Shown here in pieces: positions 62,247 through 64,000 of a DNA stretch of 64,000 nt. This DNA is from Podarcis melisellensis (Eukaryota). How positions within the stretch are numbered: position 1 is the stretch's first letter; the number at the start of each line of letters is the position of its first letter. The notes beneath the pieces are model-generated. The model was not told the DNA's origin. It was given only the letters and a program-made list of their open reading frames with translations, and searched no databases. The translations under genes and the position numbers were made by a program. The stretch is from assembly GCA_964234715.1 (NCBI GenBank), contig OZ174275.1, one strand, 5' to 3'.

Positions 62247-63029
62247 ACAGACCGCAGACTGAAACCTAGTTGGCTTAGGCTCATCTTGGAGCAGTTCTGG
62301 GAGTGCTAGATATAGGGTTGTTCAGAATAAGCCCTGTTCCATGACACTGTCCAATGCAGAATCTCAATATATGTGCATAAGTACCATCCATAGAAGAATA
62401 ACAAATTATTGGTTGGTGTGCAACTTGGGCAACACAGTGACCAACCCTCCAACCCTCAAGTCAAATTGCACAAGACTGATTTTCGATGCCATCTCTCAAA
62501 TAAATGCACATATTAAAACACTGCTGGATTTATTCCTGACCCAAAATACATGTGGCTAGGGGACGTGTGCACATGTGTCTGACATATTTTGCGCATGAAA
62601 TTTATGTTGCTCCCATAGCCTTAAGATGGAACACATGTGCTTTGCATATGGTTTGTATAAATGGTATGAAATGCTCCAAAGAGGTTTAAAATAGACTTGG
62701 GAGGAAAGTAGCAGACAAATTGCAAGTTTAGGATTGCTTGCTGATCACTTAATTGTAACAGTAGCAAACATTGCTAGAAAATTAGTTCATTACAGCACTG
62801 AATTCTTGAGAGATGTTCTGAAGGCAAATGGGATTTTTATTCTGCTTGACTTTTTAAACAAAATATATTTCTTTATTGCCTGTACTGATGCTTCCTTTTC
62901 CTGAAGAGGTAAGAGAAACTGTGATTATTATCATGCAGCTGATACAGGCTTAGATCCAGACTTAAAGTAGTCCCATTGATTTTAGTGGGTCTTTCCTCCA
63001 AGCAGTACTATGTCTGGTCCAATATACTA

Positions 63030-63278
63030 CAGTGGTACCTCAGGTTAAGAACTTAATTCGTTCTGGAGGTCCGTTCTTAACCTGAAACTGTTCTTAACCT
63101 GAGGTACCACTTTAGCTAATGGGGCCTCCCGCGCCGCCATTGTGAGATTTCTGCTCTCATCCTGAAGCAAAGTTCTTAACCTGAGGTAATATTTCTGGGT
63201 TAGCAGAGTCTGTAACCTGAAGCGTCTGTAACCTGAAGCATCTGTAACCTGAAGCGTCTGTAACCCAAGGTACCACTG
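63030..63278. mobile_element. Tc1/mariner (Tigger-like) MITE, best-preserved copy
   Basis: TA|CAGTGGTACCT...AGGTACCACTG|TA; four TCTGTAACC(TGAAG) subterminal repeats. Confidence 0.92.
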
Positions 63279-63751
63279 TATTTCAATGGTATTTTTCTAC
63301 AATTGAAAATCACACTTGTCAGCAAAATTAAGAATTTACTTTCCTAGTGCTTTAACTGAACTTGAATCATATGGCATGCAAATCCCCTAAGGTGGTACAG
63401 TACTAGCACCATTGCAATTTAGTCTTGACACCTTTGGACATGATCCATTTTCCCAGCAGGACTGAGCGAATACTTGCACATTTCCTCCCACTATCATGAG
63501 CTAGTCCCAAAGTGTTTTACTTCCCAACTCTCTATTCAGTTTATGTAAAATCAACTTGAACTATGATTGCCACAGTATAAATCAGTCTCCAAACTGACCA
63601 TGGGAATTTGAATAGATATTTTTATTTCTACTCATTCACTCCCCATAAAACCATATTGCATACCATTCAATTTTCACCTGCTTTTACATCCTCACCAACC
63701 CCTTGTTCCCTTGCCATGGTCAGTCAGCATTTGATGGTCCCTGAATGCTTT

Positions 63752-64000
63752 AAGGTCTGTATAGTTAAAGCTATGGTTTCCCCGTGATGATGTATGGAAG
63801 TGAGAGCTGGACCATAAAGAAGACTGATTGCCGAAGAATTGATGCTTTTGAATTATGGTACTGGAGGAGACTCTTGAGAGTCCCATGGACTGCAAGAAGA
63901 TCAAACCTATCCATTCTGAAGGAAATCAGCCCTGAGTGCTCACTGGAAGGACAGATCCTGAAGCTGAGACTCCAATACTTTGGCCACCTCGTGAGAAGAG
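63752..64000 (+). mobile_element. BovB (RTE clade) LINE, 5'-truncated, runs off the window
   Basis: IVKAMV(frameshift)..MYGSESWTIKK.D.RRIDAFELW.WRRLLRVPWTARRSNLSILKEISPECSLEGQILKLRLQYFGHL, the characteristic BovB ORF C-terminal region. Confidence 0.93.

Noticed and set aside
62901-62925. CTGAAGA...GAAA possible hammerhead (also near 38133)
   Set aside because: No stem II pairing between the core motifs
1-64000. Prokaryotic-type systems (operons, CRISPR arrays, defence islands)
   Set aside because: The sequence is vertebrate, repeat-rich non-coding DNA. It has no long ORFs and no regularly spaced repeat-spacer array.

Overview
This window is vertebrate, not prokaryotic. The repeat families (Sauria/Squam1-type SINEs with ACCTTT tails, Squam3-type SINEs, squamate L1/L2/CR1, BovB, hAT and Tc1/mariner MITEs, Penelope) point to a squamate reptile, most likely a lacertid lizard. 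I found no recognisable host protein-coding exon. The ORF track consists of chance ORFs, microsatellite or N-gap artefacts, and transposon fragments, so the window looks intergenic or intronic. It holds dense, often nested transposon relics, two assembly gaps and several repeat-free blocks that may be enhancers. The most notable structure is a young Penelope-like insertion at 60096-60743 inside a (TA)n tract. It has a 202-bp inverted repeat with no mismatch that I could find, and each arm carries a minimal hammerhead-ribozyme core on opposite strands. Also notable: two different hAT elements inserted at the same GTCTAGTC site of CR1-type 3' tails, a decayed Gypsy integrase with a probable LTR, a tRNA-Lys/CR1 chimeric SINE, and an L1 insertion with a non-collinear 5' segment. 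Family names come from recalled consensus sequences; no database search was run.
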